From an uncultured Clostridiaceae bacterium (GTDB lineage Bacteria > Bacillota > Clostridia > DUPQ01), in the NCBI GenBank assembly GCA_964563155.1, contig CAZLVL010000007.1:6389-70388 (forward strand): 64,000 nt of DNA, in the 5' to 3' direction. Below are positions 1 through 10,322 of the stretch, in pieces. How positions within the stretch are numbered: position 1 is the first letter of the stretch; each line of letters begins with the position of its first letter. A program made the translations under genes and the position numbers. The notes below the pieces were generated by a model. That model saw nothing but the letters and a program-made list of their open reading frames with translations. It did not search any database and was not told the origin of the DNA.

Positions 1-840
1 TTCTTTCAGTTGATCTGTATTTCTAGCACCTACAAGAACAGAAGCTGTTTGAGGCTTATGCATACCATAGGCTATAGAAAGGGCAGCCATGTTTAAGCCT
101 TCTTGCTTAGCTAATTTCTTAATACAGTCCAAGGTTTCAAATATTGGTTTATGGAGATGTTTGTACTCAGGGCTTAAATACCAGACCCTTTTTAATCTTT
201 CAGGTATCTCATCTATATTAGAGTATTTACCTGTACACAGGCCTTGGGCTAGGGCAGAGTAGTTTAAAATACCAATATCTTTTTTAATACAAGCATCTCT
301 AATTTCATGGTCAATTGCCCTAAATAGGGGGTTATATGCTATTTGATTGGTATGAATGGGTCCATATTTACTCATTTCCTCTAAATCTTCCACACCAAAG
401 TTTGAAACTCCAATAGCCCTAATTTTCCCGCTTTTGTACAAGCTCAATAGCCCCTCCATAGTATCTGAAAAATCAACCGTCCTTCTAGGCCAATGAATTT
501 GATATATATCAATATAGTCTGTTTGCAGTCTTTTTAAACTGGCCTCACATGCACTTATAACTGTAGCTTTATCTGGATGGCCATCTGCAACCTTAGTAGC
601 TATTATGGCCTTACTTCTTCTGTCTTTCAAACCTTCTCCAACTATTTCTTCACTTTTACCTGCTCCATAGGCTGTTGCAGTATCTATAAGGGTTATACCT
701 GCATCTAAGGCCATGTGTAGGGTTTTAATGGAGTCTTGGTCATCTTGGTCACCCCAATTAGCATCTTTAGAAAAAACCCAGGTGCCAAGGGCCATTTTGG
801 AGACCAAGATACTAGTATCTCTTATTTTCACATATTCCAT
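1..840 (-). CDS. aldo/keto reductase family oxidoreductase (C-terminus runs off window start)
   Basis: Minus-strand translation starts MEYVKIRDTSILVSKMALGTW and has the AKR hallmarks (LIDTATAYG, IGVSNF). ATG at 840 sits 5 nt after a GAGAGG RBS. Not in the ORF track because it is truncated at the window edge. Confidence 0.8.
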   Translation of the reverse strand, partial: MEYVKIRDTSILVSKMALGTWVFSKDANWGDQDDQDSIKTLHMALDAGITLIDTATAYGAGKSEEIVGEGLKDRRSKAIIATKVADGHPDKATVISACEASLKRLQTDYIDIYQIHWPRRTVDFSDTMEGLLSLYKSGKIRAIGVSNFGVEDLEEMSKYGPIHTNQIAYNPLFRAIDHEIRDACIKKDIGILNYSALAQGLCTGKYSNIDEIPERLKRVWYLSPEYKHLHKPIFETLDCIKKLAKQEGLNMAALSIAYGMHKPQTASVLVGARNTDQLKE

Positions 841-1015
841 TGTTTACCTCTCTTTTTTCTTGTCTTTTCTTTGTTTTCTCTTACCCCTTCATTATACTTA
901 CCCTGTGAAAGATATACAAATGAGGAAAGAAGAAAGAAGGAAGCTATACCACTTTTTTGAAATATTTAAGATACTTTTATGGTAGAATGAACCTATCTAT
1001 TTGGGAGGTAATAAT

Positions 1016-3145
1016 ATGGCCAGTCATGAATTTATGAATGCCAAGGCTGTCTGGGCCAAGGGCATGGAAGATTTGATGAATATAAGGATGGGGTTTTCTA
1101 GTAAGGTTCCAAAAGGAGTTTGTAGGGTTGATGTGGCCTGTGCAGGTGGTTATCAGCTCTTTGTAAATGACAAATACATCTGTGCTGGACCAGCTAGGGC
1201 AGCTCATGGATTTTACAAGGTAGATAGTATAGATATAAGTGGGTATTTAAATGAAGATAGTAACTATGTAGCCCTTTTAACCTGGGGTTATAGGGTAAAT
1301 TCATATTCTGTTCTTGATCAAGCTTCTTTCATAACAGCTGAAATCATTTGTGATGATCTAGTTATTGCTGCAACAGGGGACTTTGGATTTAATGCCTATT
1401 TACTAGAGGACTATGTAAGAAAAATCCAAAGATATACCTATCAAAGAGCTTTTGTAGAATCATATAAACTAAGTCAGGCTTCCTTTTCATGGATGAAGGC
1501 TGATATGGAGTCAAATACTAAGTTAGGAATATTTTTAGATAAAAAGTATTTAAAAAGAGATGTTCCTTATCCAGAGTATGAAAAACTTTATCCAAGAGAA
1601 TTATCTACTATGGGTGACTTTGAAAAAAGAATTCCTGATGAGTATAGGATTCCTTGGTATTTAGAACATAATGAACCCTACTACAAGGCTTTTGAGCCCC
1701 ATGAATTGGAAGAAGATACCAACAAAAAGATTCAAAATGTTAAATATGATACTAAAAATGTAGAAGAAGTCTCAAATAGTTCAGGCCTACTTTTAAAAGA
1801 AGGGAAATATAATATATATGCCTTTGAAAGAGAAACCACAGGTATGATTAAGTTTAAAGTTACTTGTAAAGAGCCTTGTGACTTTATGATGGTCTACGAT
1901 GAGCAGTTAACCGATGGCTATACCTTTCCCATTAGAATTAGAGGGCTTTGGGTAAATTCCTATGTCTTAGAGCCTGGGGAATATGAGTTAGTCTTTTTTG
2001 AGCCAGTAAGTATGAAATATTTAAATCTAGTAATGCTTAATGGCCAAGCATTTTTTGAAGACTTCCATATGGTTGAGTACAAGCATCCTCCTGTTAGCAA
2101 GACCTTTGAAACAGATGATAAGGACCTTTTAATGATATATGAAGCTGCTGTTGAGACCTATCGTCAAAACACCTTGGATATATATATGGACTGTCCATCA
2201 AGAGAAAGGGCAGGTTGGCTATGTGATAGCTTCTTTACCTCCAGAGTGGAATACCTTTTAACAGGTAAGTCTGTAATAGAGAGAAGCTTTTTGAATAACT
2301 TTTTACTACCTGACTCTTTTGAGCACCTACCAAAGGGTATGCTTCCCATGTGCTATCCCGCTGACCATCCCAATGGCCGCTTTATACCTAACTGGGCCAT
2401 GTGGCTGGTAATAGAACTTTATGAGTACCTAGGTAGAACCAATGATAGAGACTTTGTAGATGCTTTTAAATCTAAGGTCTATGGCCTTTGTGAATACTTT
2501 GAAGACTTCATAAACAAAGACGGCCTTTTACAAGACCTAAAAGAGTGGGTCTTTGTGGAATGGTCTCATGCCAACAATTTAGTGCAAAATGTCAATTTTC
2601 CCACCAATATGCTCTATGCCTTTATGCTAGAAAGAGTTTCTCTCTTGTATGATGATAAAGAAAAATTAGCTCAAGCTGAAAAGATTAGAAATACCATAAG
2701 AGAAGTATCTTTTAATGGACAATTCTTTAGAGATAGAATGGTTCTAGAAGATGGAAAATTAGAAATAACCGATGAGATTACTGAGGTTTGTCAGTACTAT
2801 GCCTTTTTTACTAAGACTGCCAGTATTGATAAATATCCTGAGCTTTGGGAAAAACTTCTAAAAGACTTCGGACCAGGCAGGGCAGAAAAAGGAGTGCACC
2901 CAGAAATTTATGGAACCAATGCCTTTATTGGAACATATTTAAGATTAGAGCTTTTATCCAATGCTGGTCTACATCAGCAATTATTAGATGAATCTGTAGA
3001 CTTCTTTTTATACATGGCAAAAAGAACTGGCACTCTTTGGGAAAATAAAACAGACAATGCTTCTTTGAATCATGGCTTTGCCTCTCATGTGGTTGTTTGG
3101 TTTGATAAGGCCATAAAAGTCCTAAAAATGGATAAAAAGAGCTAA
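1016..3145 (+). CDS. alpha-L-rhamnosidase (GH78)-like six-hairpin glycoside hydrolase, no signal peptide
   Basis: ORF 1001..3145. Internal ATG at 1016 follows GGGAGG with a 7 nt spacer. Motif YMDCPSRERAGWLCDSFF resembles the GH78 DCPxRERxGWxGD signature. Family call by eye only. Confidence 0.55.
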   Translation: MASHEFMNAKAVWAKGMEDLMNIRMGFSSKVPKGVCRVDVACAGGYQLFVNDKYICAGPARAAHGFYKVDSIDISGYLNEDSNYVALLTWGYRVNSYSVLDQASFITAEIICDDLVIAATGDFGFNAYLLEDYVRKIQRYTYQRAFVESYKLSQASFSWMKADMESNTKLGIFLDKKYLKRDVPYPEYEKLYPRELSTMGDFEKRIPDEYRIPWYLEHNEPYYKAFEPHELEEDTNKKIQNVKYDTKNVEEVSNSSGLLLKEGKYNIYAFERETTGMIKFKVTCKEPCDFMMVYDEQLTDGYTFPIRIRGLWVNSYVLEPGEYELVFFEPVSMKYLNLVMLNGQAFFEDFHMVEYKHPPVSKTFETDDKDLLMIYEAAVETYRQNTLDIYMDCPSRERAGWLCDSFFTSRVEYLLTGKSVIERSFLNNFLLPDSFEHLPKGMLPMCYPADHPNGRFIPNWAMWLVIELYEYLGRTNDRDFVDAFKSKVYGLCEYFEDFINKDGLLQDLKEWVFVEWSHANNLVQNVNFPTNMLYAFMLERVSLLYDDKEKLAQAEKIRNTIREVSFNGQFFRDRMVLEDGKLEITDEITEVCQYYAFFTKTASIDKYPELWEKLLKDFGPGRAEKGVHPEIYGTNAFIGTYLRLELLSNAGLHQQLLDESVDFFLYMAKRTGTLWENKTDNASLNHGFASHVVVWFDKAIKVLKMDKKS

Positions 3146-3171
3146 ATTTTGCAAAGTTACACAATATTGTG

Positions 3172-3200
3172 TTGACTTTAGTCATATGTATATGTAATAT
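3172..3200 (+). promoter_or_regulatory. sigma-A type promoter TTGACT-17-TAATAT upstream of csp; a 9+9 bp inverted repeat overlaps it
   Basis: TTGACT at 3172-3177, 17 nt spacer, TAATAT at 3195-3200. TAGTCATAT (3179-3187) and ATATGACTA (3197-3205) are exact reverse complements. Confidence 0.5.
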
Positions 3201-3313
3201 GACTAATATATCCTAATGCATTTCGTAAATCTGTAAAGGCTTCTAAATCATTTAGATTTGAGATTCATTTTGATTTTTAAAAAAGCAGGGAAATTTTTTT
3301 GTGGAGGTACCGA

Positions 3314-3526
3314 ATGAATAAAGGTACAGTAAAATGGTTTAACTCAGAAAAAGGATATGGCTTCATATCTAACGACGAAGGTGGAGAAGATGTATTTGTA
3401 CATTTTTCCGCTATTAACACTGACGGCTACAAAACTCTTAGAGAAGGACAAAAAGTATCTTTTGAAGTAGAGCAAGATCCTAAGAATAGTAATAAGCTTA
3501 GAGCAGCCAACGTTTCTTTTGACTAA
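3314..3526 (+). CDS. csp: cold-shock protein (CspA family)
   Basis: [18 protein letters not shown]...FVHFSAI carries the RNP1/RNP2 cold-shock motifs. GGAGG RBS precedes ATG at 3314 (the track ORF starts further upstream). Confidence 0.9.
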   Translation: MNKGTVKWFNSEKGYGFISNDEGGEDVFVHFSAINTDGYKTLREGQKVSFEVEQDPKNSNKLRAANVSFD

Positions 3527-3593
3527 TTGAAACAAAGACCTAAAACGCTGATCTAATCATATTTTATATAAGATGTAAGGAACGTGTTTTGAG

Positions 3594-3617
3594 GAACGGG
3601 CAACCGTTCTTTTTTTT
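3594..3617 (+). terminator. rho-independent terminator after csp
   Basis: GAACGG-GCAA-CCGTTC hairpin followed by T8. Confidence 0.8.
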
Positions 3618-3666
3618 GAAGTAAAATATGGTATAATTTTTTTGAAATAAATAAAGGATGGAAAAT

Positions 3667-4293
3667 ATGCTAAGAGAAAAGAATATTGTGGATTTTACTA
3701 ATTTATTAGCTTCAAAAGAGGCTGTTCCAGGTGGGGGCGGAGCTAGTGCCTTGGCAGGTGCTCTAGGAGCTGCTTTAGCCTCAATGGTGGGAAACCTCAC
3801 CCTTGGTAAAAAAAGATATAAAGATGTAGAAGAAGATATAATAGGGCTACAAGAAGAAACAAAGAAATATATTGATGAATTTTTAGCTTTGATTGATGGA
3901 GATGCTATAGCTTTTTTACCCCTTTCAAAGGCCTATTCTTTACCTAGTAAGACCCAAGAAGAAAAAGAATACAAGGATAAAATAATGGAAGAAGCCTTAA
4001 ATACAGCTTCTAGTGCACCCTTGTTAATTATGGAAAGAGCCCATGAAATGCTGGTTATCTTAAAGGAATATGCAGAAAAAGGGTCCAAGTTAGCCATATC
4101 CGATGTAGCTGTGTCATCAGTAATGTTAAGGTCCGCAATTTTAGGAGCCTCAGTAAACATATTCATAAATGCAAAAATGATGAAAAATAGGGAGGTTGCA
4201 GAAGAATTAAATTCTAGATGTGACCAATTAATAGAAGAAGGTAAGGCCATGGCAGATGAGATCTTTAAAAGTGTAGAAGAGAAGATTAGATAG
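3667..4293 (+). CDS. cyclodeaminase/cyclohydrolase (FtcD-like, methenyl-THF cyclohydrolase family) protein
   Basis: Gly/Ala-rich N-terminus (VPGGGGASALAGALGAALASMVGNLT) typical of formiminotransferase-cyclodeaminase-like proteins. It lies directly upstream of folD. The second ATG (3667) has better RBS spacing than 3658. Confidence 0.7.
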   Translation: MLREKNIVDFTNLLASKEAVPGGGGASALAGALGAALASMVGNLTLGKKRYKDVEEDIIGLQEETKKYIDEFLALIDGDAIAFLPLSKAYSLPSKTQEEKEYKDKIMEEALNTASSAPLLIMERAHEMLVILKEYAEKGSKLAISDVAVSSVMLRSAILGASVNIFINAKMMKNREVAEELNSRCDQLIEEGKAMADEIFKSVEEKIR

Positions 4294-4307
4294 AAAGGTG
4301 AGAGTAA

Positions 4308-5150
4308 ATGGAAATATTATTAGGAAATGATGTAGTAAAAGAAATAACTAAACAAATTAAAAAGGACCTAGAAGACCTTAATGGCTATATTCCCACCTTG
4401 GCTATTGTAAGAGTTGGAGAAAATCCAGATGACATTTCTTATGAAAGAGCTGCCATAAAAAGATTTGAAAAGTTAGGCATGAATACTAAAGCTATAGCTT
4501 ATTCAGCTGATGTGGATAATGTGTCTTTTGTAAATAGTTTTAAGAAAATTAATGAAGATGAAAGTATTAATGGAATATTATTAATGCGTCCTTTACCAAA
4601 ACACATTGATGAAGACCAAATAACAAATATGATTGATCCCCTTAAAGACATTGATTGTATTGGACCTACAAATCTTGCTAAGGTCTTTGCATCGGATGAA
4701 AGTGGCTTTGAGCCTTGTACAGCAAAGGCAGTTATGGAAATGATTGATTATGCTGGTATTGACTTAAGAGGTAAAAGAGCTGTTGTGGTAGGAAGATCTT
4801 TAGTGGTTGGAAAACCAGTTTCTATGATGCTTATGAAGAAAAATGCAACAATTACCATTTGTCACACAGGTACTAAGAATATGGAAGAAGTGTGTAAACA
4901 AGGAGAAATTTTAGTTGCAGCTGCTGGAAGAGCTAAAATGATAAATGAAAAGCATGTAGCTAAAGGCGCCTATGTTTTTGATGTTGGCATAAATGTGGAT
5001 GAAGAAGGTAATTTGTGTGGGGATGTGGATATGGACTCAATTGGCCATTTAGCAGCCCTTTGTACCCCAGTTCCTAGAGGGGTTGGCACAGTTACTACCT
5101 CAGTTTTAGCTAAGCAGGTGGTTAAGGCTGCTAAATTGCAGAAGAAATAA
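4308..5150 (+). CDS. folD: bifunctional methylenetetrahydrofolate dehydrogenase / methenyl-THF cyclohydrolase
   Basis: 280 aa. Typical FolD layout: N-terminal substrate domain followed by the NAD(P) Rossmann segment (GKRAVVVGRSLVVGKP) and the C-terminal PVPRGVGTVT motif. Confidence 0.9.
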   Translation: MEILLGNDVVKEITKQIKKDLEDLNGYIPTLAIVRVGENPDDISYERAAIKRFEKLGMNTKAIAYSADVDNVSFVNSFKKINEDESINGILLMRPLPKHIDEDQITNMIDPLKDIDCIGPTNLAKVFASDESGFEPCTAKAVMEMIDYAGIDLRGKRAVVVGRSLVVGKPVSMMLMKKNATITICHTGTKNMEEVCKQGEILVAAAGRAKMINEKHVAKGAYVFDVGINVDEEGNLCGDVDMDSIGHLAALCTPVPRGVGTVTTSVLAKQVVKAAKLQKK

Positions 5151-5198
5151 TTATTATTTATTAAAAAAAACAGTGATGAAAAGAAAGTAGGGTAATAA

Positions 5199-6125
5199 AT
5201 GTATAATCTCTTGCATCTTAAATATGCTCTAGAGGTGGAAAAAACTGGTTCATTTTCCAAGGCTGCTCAAAACCTATACATGAACCAGCCCCAAGTTTCC
5301 AAGGCCATAAAAGAGTTGGAAACCTCTTTAAATATAATCATATTTGATAGAACTCCTGCAGGGGCTGTGGTTACAGCTAAGGGAAAAGAGTTTTTTAAAC
5401 ATGCTAGAAATGTTATTAATGAAGTAGAGCAGATGGAAAAGCTTTCTACTAAGGCAATTAAGAGTAACAAGGTCTTAAACATTTCTGTTCCTAGGGCCAG
5501 CTATGTCTCCTATGCCTTTACAGAGTTTTTAAACTCTATTAAAAAAGACCATGCCTTAAATGCTGACTACAGAGAAACCCATTCAGCTAGGGCCATGAAA
5601 AGTGTTTCCAAGTCTGAAAACAATTTGGGGATTATTAGATACAGAAAGAGGTTTGAAGAATACTTTTTAACCGCCTTAGATAAGTATGATTTGGTTTATG
5701 AGGACATTTTTTCCTTTGAATACCTACTTTTAATGTCTAAAGATTCTCCTATGGCTAAAAAAGAAAAGATTTATATGGAAGATATACAAGATAAGATTGA
5801 GATTATTCATGGGGATATTTCCATTCCTGCTAGGGCTTCTAGCAGGCAAGATATCTTAAAACTAGGTAAAGAAAAAAAGATTTCTGTCTATGAAAGGGCC
5901 AGTCAATTAGAAATGCTGGACAGAATCCCTGAAACCTTTATGTGGGCATCTCCTATGCCTCAATATATTTTAGACAAATTCAATTTAATCCAAAGAAAAT
6001 GTGAAGGTGGTGTAAATGTGTATAAAGATATATTTATATACAAAAAAGACCATATTTTAAGTGATCTTGAAATACATTTTATGGAGATTGTAAAAAAGAC
6101 AGCTGAAAAATTAAATAGACTATAG
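5199..6125 (+). CDS. LysR-family transcriptional regulator
   Basis: N-terminal HTH (LKYALEVEKTGSFSKAAQNLYMNQPQVSKAIKELE) followed by ~200 aa of co-inducer domain. Confidence 0.8.
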   Translation: MYNLLHLKYALEVEKTGSFSKAAQNLYMNQPQVSKAIKELETSLNIIIFDRTPAGAVVTAKGKEFFKHARNVINEVEQMEKLSTKAIKSNKVLNISVPRASYVSYAFTEFLNSIKKDHALNADYRETHSARAMKSVSKSENNLGIIRYRKRFEEYFLTALDKYDLVYEDIFSFEYLLLMSKDSPMAKKEKIYMEDIQDKIEIIHGDISIPARASSRQDILKLGKEKKISVYERASQLEMLDRIPETFMWASPMPQYILDKFNLIQRKCEGGVNVYKDIFIYKKDHILSDLEIHFMEIVKKTAEKLNRL

Positions 6126-6204
6126 ATAATGCTATATCGATAATGGAATATCGATATTCTAAAATGCATTCTACCCTAAGGTCATATTTCCTTTTATAAT
6201 GTAA

Positions 6205-6222
6205 TTGTTAAAACTTTAACAA
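6205..6222 (+). promoter_or_regulatory. Rex operator, perfect palindrome TTGTTAAAACTTTAACAA
   Basis: Matches the clostridial Rex consensus TTGTTAA-N4-TTAACAA exactly. It lies just downstream of a TATAAT (6195-6200) and ~75 bp upstream of rex. Confidence 0.65.
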
Positions 6223-6296
6223 TGTAAGGAATATGACTTTTTTCTTACATACAAAAAGAAAGGAGAGGTGCAAAGCATAGCTAGCACAAAGAGAAA

Positions 6297-6926
6297 ATGA
6301 ATCAAGTGTCAAGACAAACATTGGAAAGATTACCTCTTTATCTAAACTATCTAAAAAGTTTGGACTCTAATCTGCCAGAAAACATATCAGCAAGATGTAT
6401 CGCTGAAACCTTGGGCCTAACAGAAATTCAGGTGAGAAAGGATTTAGCCTGTGTAAGTGATGGGGGAAAGCCCAGAGTAGGTTTTGTATCCCTAGACCTT
6501 ATAAACGATATTGAGAACTTTCTAGGTTACAAGGATGTAAATGATGCAATCTTAGTAGGAACAGGAAAGCTAGGAAAGGCCCTAATGACCTACAAGGGAT
6601 TTTCTGATTATGGACTTAACATTGTTGCGGGTTTTGACATAGATGAAAACATAGTAGAAGAAAAAGAAGAGGGTAGGCCCATTTTTCATATATCAAAAAT
6701 GAAAAATCTCTGCCAAAGAATGAATATAAAGATAGGAATTATAACTGCCCCTTGGGAGGTAGCACAAGAAATAGCGGATGCCATGATTGATAGTGGAATT
6801 TTAGCTATTTGGAACTTTGCTCCTGCCCATATAGAGGTGCCAGAATGTGTTTTAGTTAAAAATGAAAATATGGCCGTTTCGTTGGCATTATTGTCAAAGC
6901 ATCTTAAAGAACAATTGACAAAATAG
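6297..6926 (+). CDS. rex: redox-sensing transcriptional repressor Rex
   Basis: MNQVSRQTLERLPLYLNYL... is a Rex-type N-terminal winged helix. It is followed by a Rossmann NADH-sensing domain (ILVGTGKLGKAL). Confidence 0.85.
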   Translation: MNQVSRQTLERLPLYLNYLKSLDSNLPENISARCIAETLGLTEIQVRKDLACVSDGGKPRVGFVSLDLINDIENFLGYKDVNDAILVGTGKLGKALMTYKGFSDYGLNIVAGFDIDENIVEEKEEGRPIFHISKMKNLCQRMNIKIGIITAPWEVAQEIADAMIDSGILAIWNFAPAHIEVPECVLVKNENMAVSLALLSKHLKEQLTK

Positions 6927-6939
6927 AAGGAGAATGTAT

Positions 6940-9555
6940 ATGAGTAATACAAGAGAAGTTATTGACACTAGAGAAAAACTGCAATTAGCACTGGGAAAAT
7001 TAAGACTAGCTCAAAAAGAGTTTGCCACATTTTCTCAGGAAAAAGTAGACCAAATCTTCAAAGCCGCTGCTATGGCTGCCAATAGTCAAAGGTTGCCCTT
7101 AGCCAAGATGGCTGTGGAAGAAACCAAGATGGGTATTGTTGAAGATAAGGTTATCAAAAATCATTATGCAGCTGAATATATATATAATACATATAAAGAT
7201 ACTAAGACCTGTGGTCTTGTAGAAGAAGATACAATAAACGGTATTAAAAGAATTTTAGAGCCTGTTGGAATTATTGCAGCGGTTATCCCTACAACCAATC
7301 CAACCTCCACCGTCATATTCAAAACCCTCATATCTCTAAAAACCAGAAATGGTATTGTCATAAGTCCTCACCCTAGAGCTAAAAACTCCACCATAGAAGC
7401 AGCTAGAATAGTACTAGAAGCTGCTGTTAAGGCTGGAGCACCTGAGGGCATTATTGAATGGATTGATGTGCCAAGTTTAGAAATGACCAACACTGTTATG
7501 AAAGAATGTGATTTAATCCTAGCAACAGGTGGCCCTGGTATGGTTAAAGCAGCCTACTCTTCTGGAAAACCTGCAGTTGGAGTTGGAGCTGGTAATACTC
7601 CTGCCATTATTGATAAAAGTGCAGACATCCTTTTAGCTGTTAACTCCATTATCCACTCTAAAACCTTTGATAATGGTATGATTTGTGCTTCTGAACAGTC
7701 AGTTATTGTGGATAAGACCATATACAACAAGGTTAAAAAAGAGTTTGAATACAGGGGATGCTACTTTTTAAACAAGGAAGAAACTGAAAAGGTTCGTAAA
7801 ACCATACTAATAAATGGGGCCTTAAATGCCAAAATAGTGGGCCAAAGTGCCTTTGATATAGCTAAGCTAGCCAATGTGGATGTGCCTACATATACAAAAA
7901 TCCTTATTGGTGAGGTGGTTTCTGTAGATATAGAAGAAGAATTTGCCCATGAAAAACTTTCTCCAGTACTAGCAATGTACAAGGCAGAAGATTTTGAAGC
8001 TGCCATAACAAAAGCTCAAAAACTAATAGAAGATGGTGGAATGGGACATACCTCTTCCATATATATAGATAGTTTAAATGCTAAAGAAAGACTAAACATA
8101 TTTGAAGATGCCATGAAGACCTGTAGGATCTTAATAAATACCCCTTCATCTCACGGTGGTATAGGTGATTTATATAACTTTAAATTAGCACCTTCTTTAA
8201 CCTTGGGTTGTGGTTCTTGGGGTGGAAACTCCACATCAGAAAACGTGGGAGTTAAGCATCTATTAAATATTAAAACAGTGGCAGACAGGAGAGAAAATAT
8301 GTTGTGGTTTAGAGCACCAGAAAAAGTATACATTAAAAAAGGTTGTACCCCCCTTGCCCTAGAAGAACTTAAAAATGTTTTAGGCAAAAAAAGAGTCTTC
8401 ATTGTAACTGACGAGTTTTTATTCAAAAACGGCTATACCAAACCTGTTACAGATAAACTAAATGAAATGGGCTTAGCACATCAAGTTTTCTTTGAAGTTA
8501 CTCCAGATCCTACCTTGGCTTGTGCTAAAGCTGGAGCTAAGGCTATGAGTGCCTTCCAACCAGACTGTATAATAGCCTTAGGTGGTGGTTCAGCAATGGA
8601 CGCTGCTAAGATTATGTGGGTTATGTATGAACATCCTCAAGTGGACTTTATGGATATGGCTATGAGATTTGCGGACATTAGAAAAAGAGTATACGATTTT
8701 CCTAAGATGGGAAAACTAGCCTACTTCATTGCTATACCTACAACAGCTGGTACTGGCTCAGAGGTAACACCTTTTGCAGTCATAACCGACGAAAAGACCA
8801 ATGTAAAGTATCCTTTGGCAGATTATGAAATAATGCCTAATATGGCTATAGTGGATGCAGACTTTATGATGAATGCTCCCAAGGCTTTAACAGCTGCCTC
8901 TGGTATTGATGCTGTAACCCATGCCCTAGAAGCTTATGCTTCCATGTTGGCAACCGACTACACAGATGCTTTGGCCTTAAGGTCCTTGAAAATAGTTTTT
9001 GAAAATCTTCCCACAGCTTATGAAAAAGGACCAGAAGATTCAAGGGCAAGAGAAAAGATGGCAGACGGAGCTACTATAGCGGGAATGGCCTTTGCCAATG
9101 CCTTCTTAGGAGTATGTCACTCCATGGCCCATAAGTTAGGAGCCTTCCATCATCTACCTCACGGTGTAGCAAACGCTTTGATGATTGAACAAGTCCTAAG
9201 ATTTAATGCATCAGAAAAACCAGTTAAGATGGGAACCTTCCCTCAGTACGACCACCCACATACCCTACAAAGATATGCTGACATAGCCCAATACCTAGGT
9301 TATGCTGGTAAAAATGACAAGGAAAGTTTAGAAAATCTCATAAATGGCTTAAATGACCTTAAAAAGAAGGTAGGAATTAAACAAAGTATTCAAGACTACG
9401 GTATTGATGAGAAGACCTTTATGGACAGCCTAGATGATATGGCAGACCAGGCCTTTGATGACCAATGTACTGGTGCCAATCCCAGATATCCTTTAATAAG
9501 TGAAATTAAGCAAATGTACATAAATGCATACTACAATAGGCAGGAGGAAGTTTAA
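6940..9555 (+). CDS. adhE: bifunctional acetaldehyde-CoA / alcohol dehydrogenase
   Basis: ~870 aa. N-terminal ALDH domain with the catalytic Cys context (NGMICASEQS). C-terminal iron-type ADH domain (GGGSAMDAAK, HSMAHKLG). ATG at 6940 follows AAGGAG with a 7 nt spacer and lies 13 nt after the rex stop. Confidence 0.9.
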   Translation: MSNTREVIDTREKLQLALGKLRLAQKEFATFSQEKVDQIFKAAAMAANSQRLPLAKMAVEETKMGIVEDKVIKNHYAAEYIYNTYKDTKTCGLVEEDTINGIKRILEPVGIIAAVIPTTNPTSTVIFKTLISLKTRNGIVISPHPRAKNSTIEAARIVLEAAVKAGAPEGIIEWIDVPSLEMTNTVMKECDLILATGGPGMVKAAYSSGKPAVGVGAGNTPAIIDKSADILLAVNSIIHSKTFDNGMICASEQSVIVDKTIYNKVKKEFEYRGCYFLNKEETEKVRKTILINGALNAKIVGQSAFDIAKLANVDVPTYTKILIGEVVSVDIEEEFAHEKLSPVLAMYKAEDFEAAITKAQKLIEDGGMGHTSSIYIDSLNAKERLNIFEDAMKTCRILINTPSSHGGIGDLYNFKLAPSLTLGCGSWGGNSTSENVGVKHLLNIKTVADRRENMLWFRAPEKVYIKKGCTPLALEELKNVLGKKRVFIVTDEFLFKNGYTKPVTDKLNEMGLAHQVFFEVTPDPTLACAKAGAKAMSAFQPDCIIALGGGSAMDAAKIMWVMYEHPQVDFMDMAMRFADIRKRVYDFPKMGKLAYFIAIPTTAGTGSEVTPFAVITDEKTNVKYPLADYEIMPNMAIVDADFMMNAPKALTAASGIDAVTHALEAYASMLATDYTDALALRSLKIVFENLPTAYEKGPEDSRAREKMADGATIAGMAFANAFLGVCHSMAHKLGAFHHLPHGVANALMIEQVLRFNASEKPVKMGTFPQYDHPHTLQRYADIAQYLGYAGKNDKESLENLINGLNDLKKKVGIKQSIQDYGIDEKTFMDSLDDMADQAFDDQCTGANPRYPLISEIKQMYINAYYNRQEEV

Positions 9556-9556
9556 A

Positions 9557-10306
9557 ATGAAGTTGGATAAGATTATAGCTGTAAGAACCAGCAAGACCAT
9601 TTATAGGGATAAAGACAAGGTAATAAAGCTTTTTAATGAAGATTATTCCAAGGCTGATATTCTTAATGAAGCCCTAAACCAAGCCAGAGTGGAAGAAACC
9701 GGCTTAAACATCCCTAAAATCTTAGAAGTGACCAAGATAGAAGGAAAATGGGCCATTGTACTAGAATTTATTGAAGGAAAAACCCTAGCTCAAATCATGG
9801 AAGAGGACAAGGAGAACTTTGACAAACACCTGGAAAGATTTGTGGACTTACAAATGGAAATGCACACCCATAAGGCTCCTTTGTTAAATAAACTAAAGGA
9901 CAAGATGAACAGGAAGATTACAGAAACCGGCCTGGATGCAACCATTAGATATGACCTTCACACCCGCCTAGAAAGTATGCCAAAAGGAACCAAGCTTTGT
10001 CATGGAGACTTTAATCCTAGTAACATTATTATTACTCCAGATGATAAAGCATATATCCTAGACTGGTCCCATGCTACTATGGGTAACGCTTCAGCGGATG
10101 TAGCCAGAACCTATTTACTCTTTTGGCTATCTGGAAACATAGACGGAGCAGAAAAATATTTAGAACTTTTCTGCAAAAAGAGCGACACAGCCAAGCAATA
10201 TGTGCAAAAGTGGATACCAATTGTAGCAGCCTCCCAATCAGTTAAGGGCAAGGCAGAAGAAAGAGAATTTTTATTACATTGGGTAAATGTAGTTGAATAT
10301 CAATAA
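9557..10306 (+). CDS. protein-kinase-like fold phosphotransferase (APH / choline-kinase family)
   Basis: Catalytic-loop-like CHGDFNPSNIII and ILDWSHATMG (APH/ChoK pattern). GGAGGAAG RBS precedes ATG at 9557. Begins 1 nt after the adhE stop and overlaps the next gene. Confidence 0.6.
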   Translation: MKLDKIIAVRTSKTIYRDKDKVIKLFNEDYSKADILNEALNQARVEETGLNIPKILEVTKIEGKWAIVLEFIEGKTLAQIMEEDKENFDKHLERFVDLQMEMHTHKAPLLNKLKDKMNRKITETGLDATIRYDLHTRLESMPKGTKLCHGDFNPSNIIITPDDKAYILDWSHATMGNASADVARTYLLFWLSGNIDGAEKYLELFCKKSDTAKQYVQKWIPIVAASQSVKGKAEEREFLLHWVNVVEYQ

Positions 10307-10322
10307 AAAAGAGGAGAGAAGT

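Noticed and set aside
713-985. Plus-strand ORFs 713..985 and 736..960
   Set aside because: They overlap the minus-strand aldo/keto reductase 5' end and promoter, have low-complexity hydrophobic translations, and lack an RBS. Most likely spurious.
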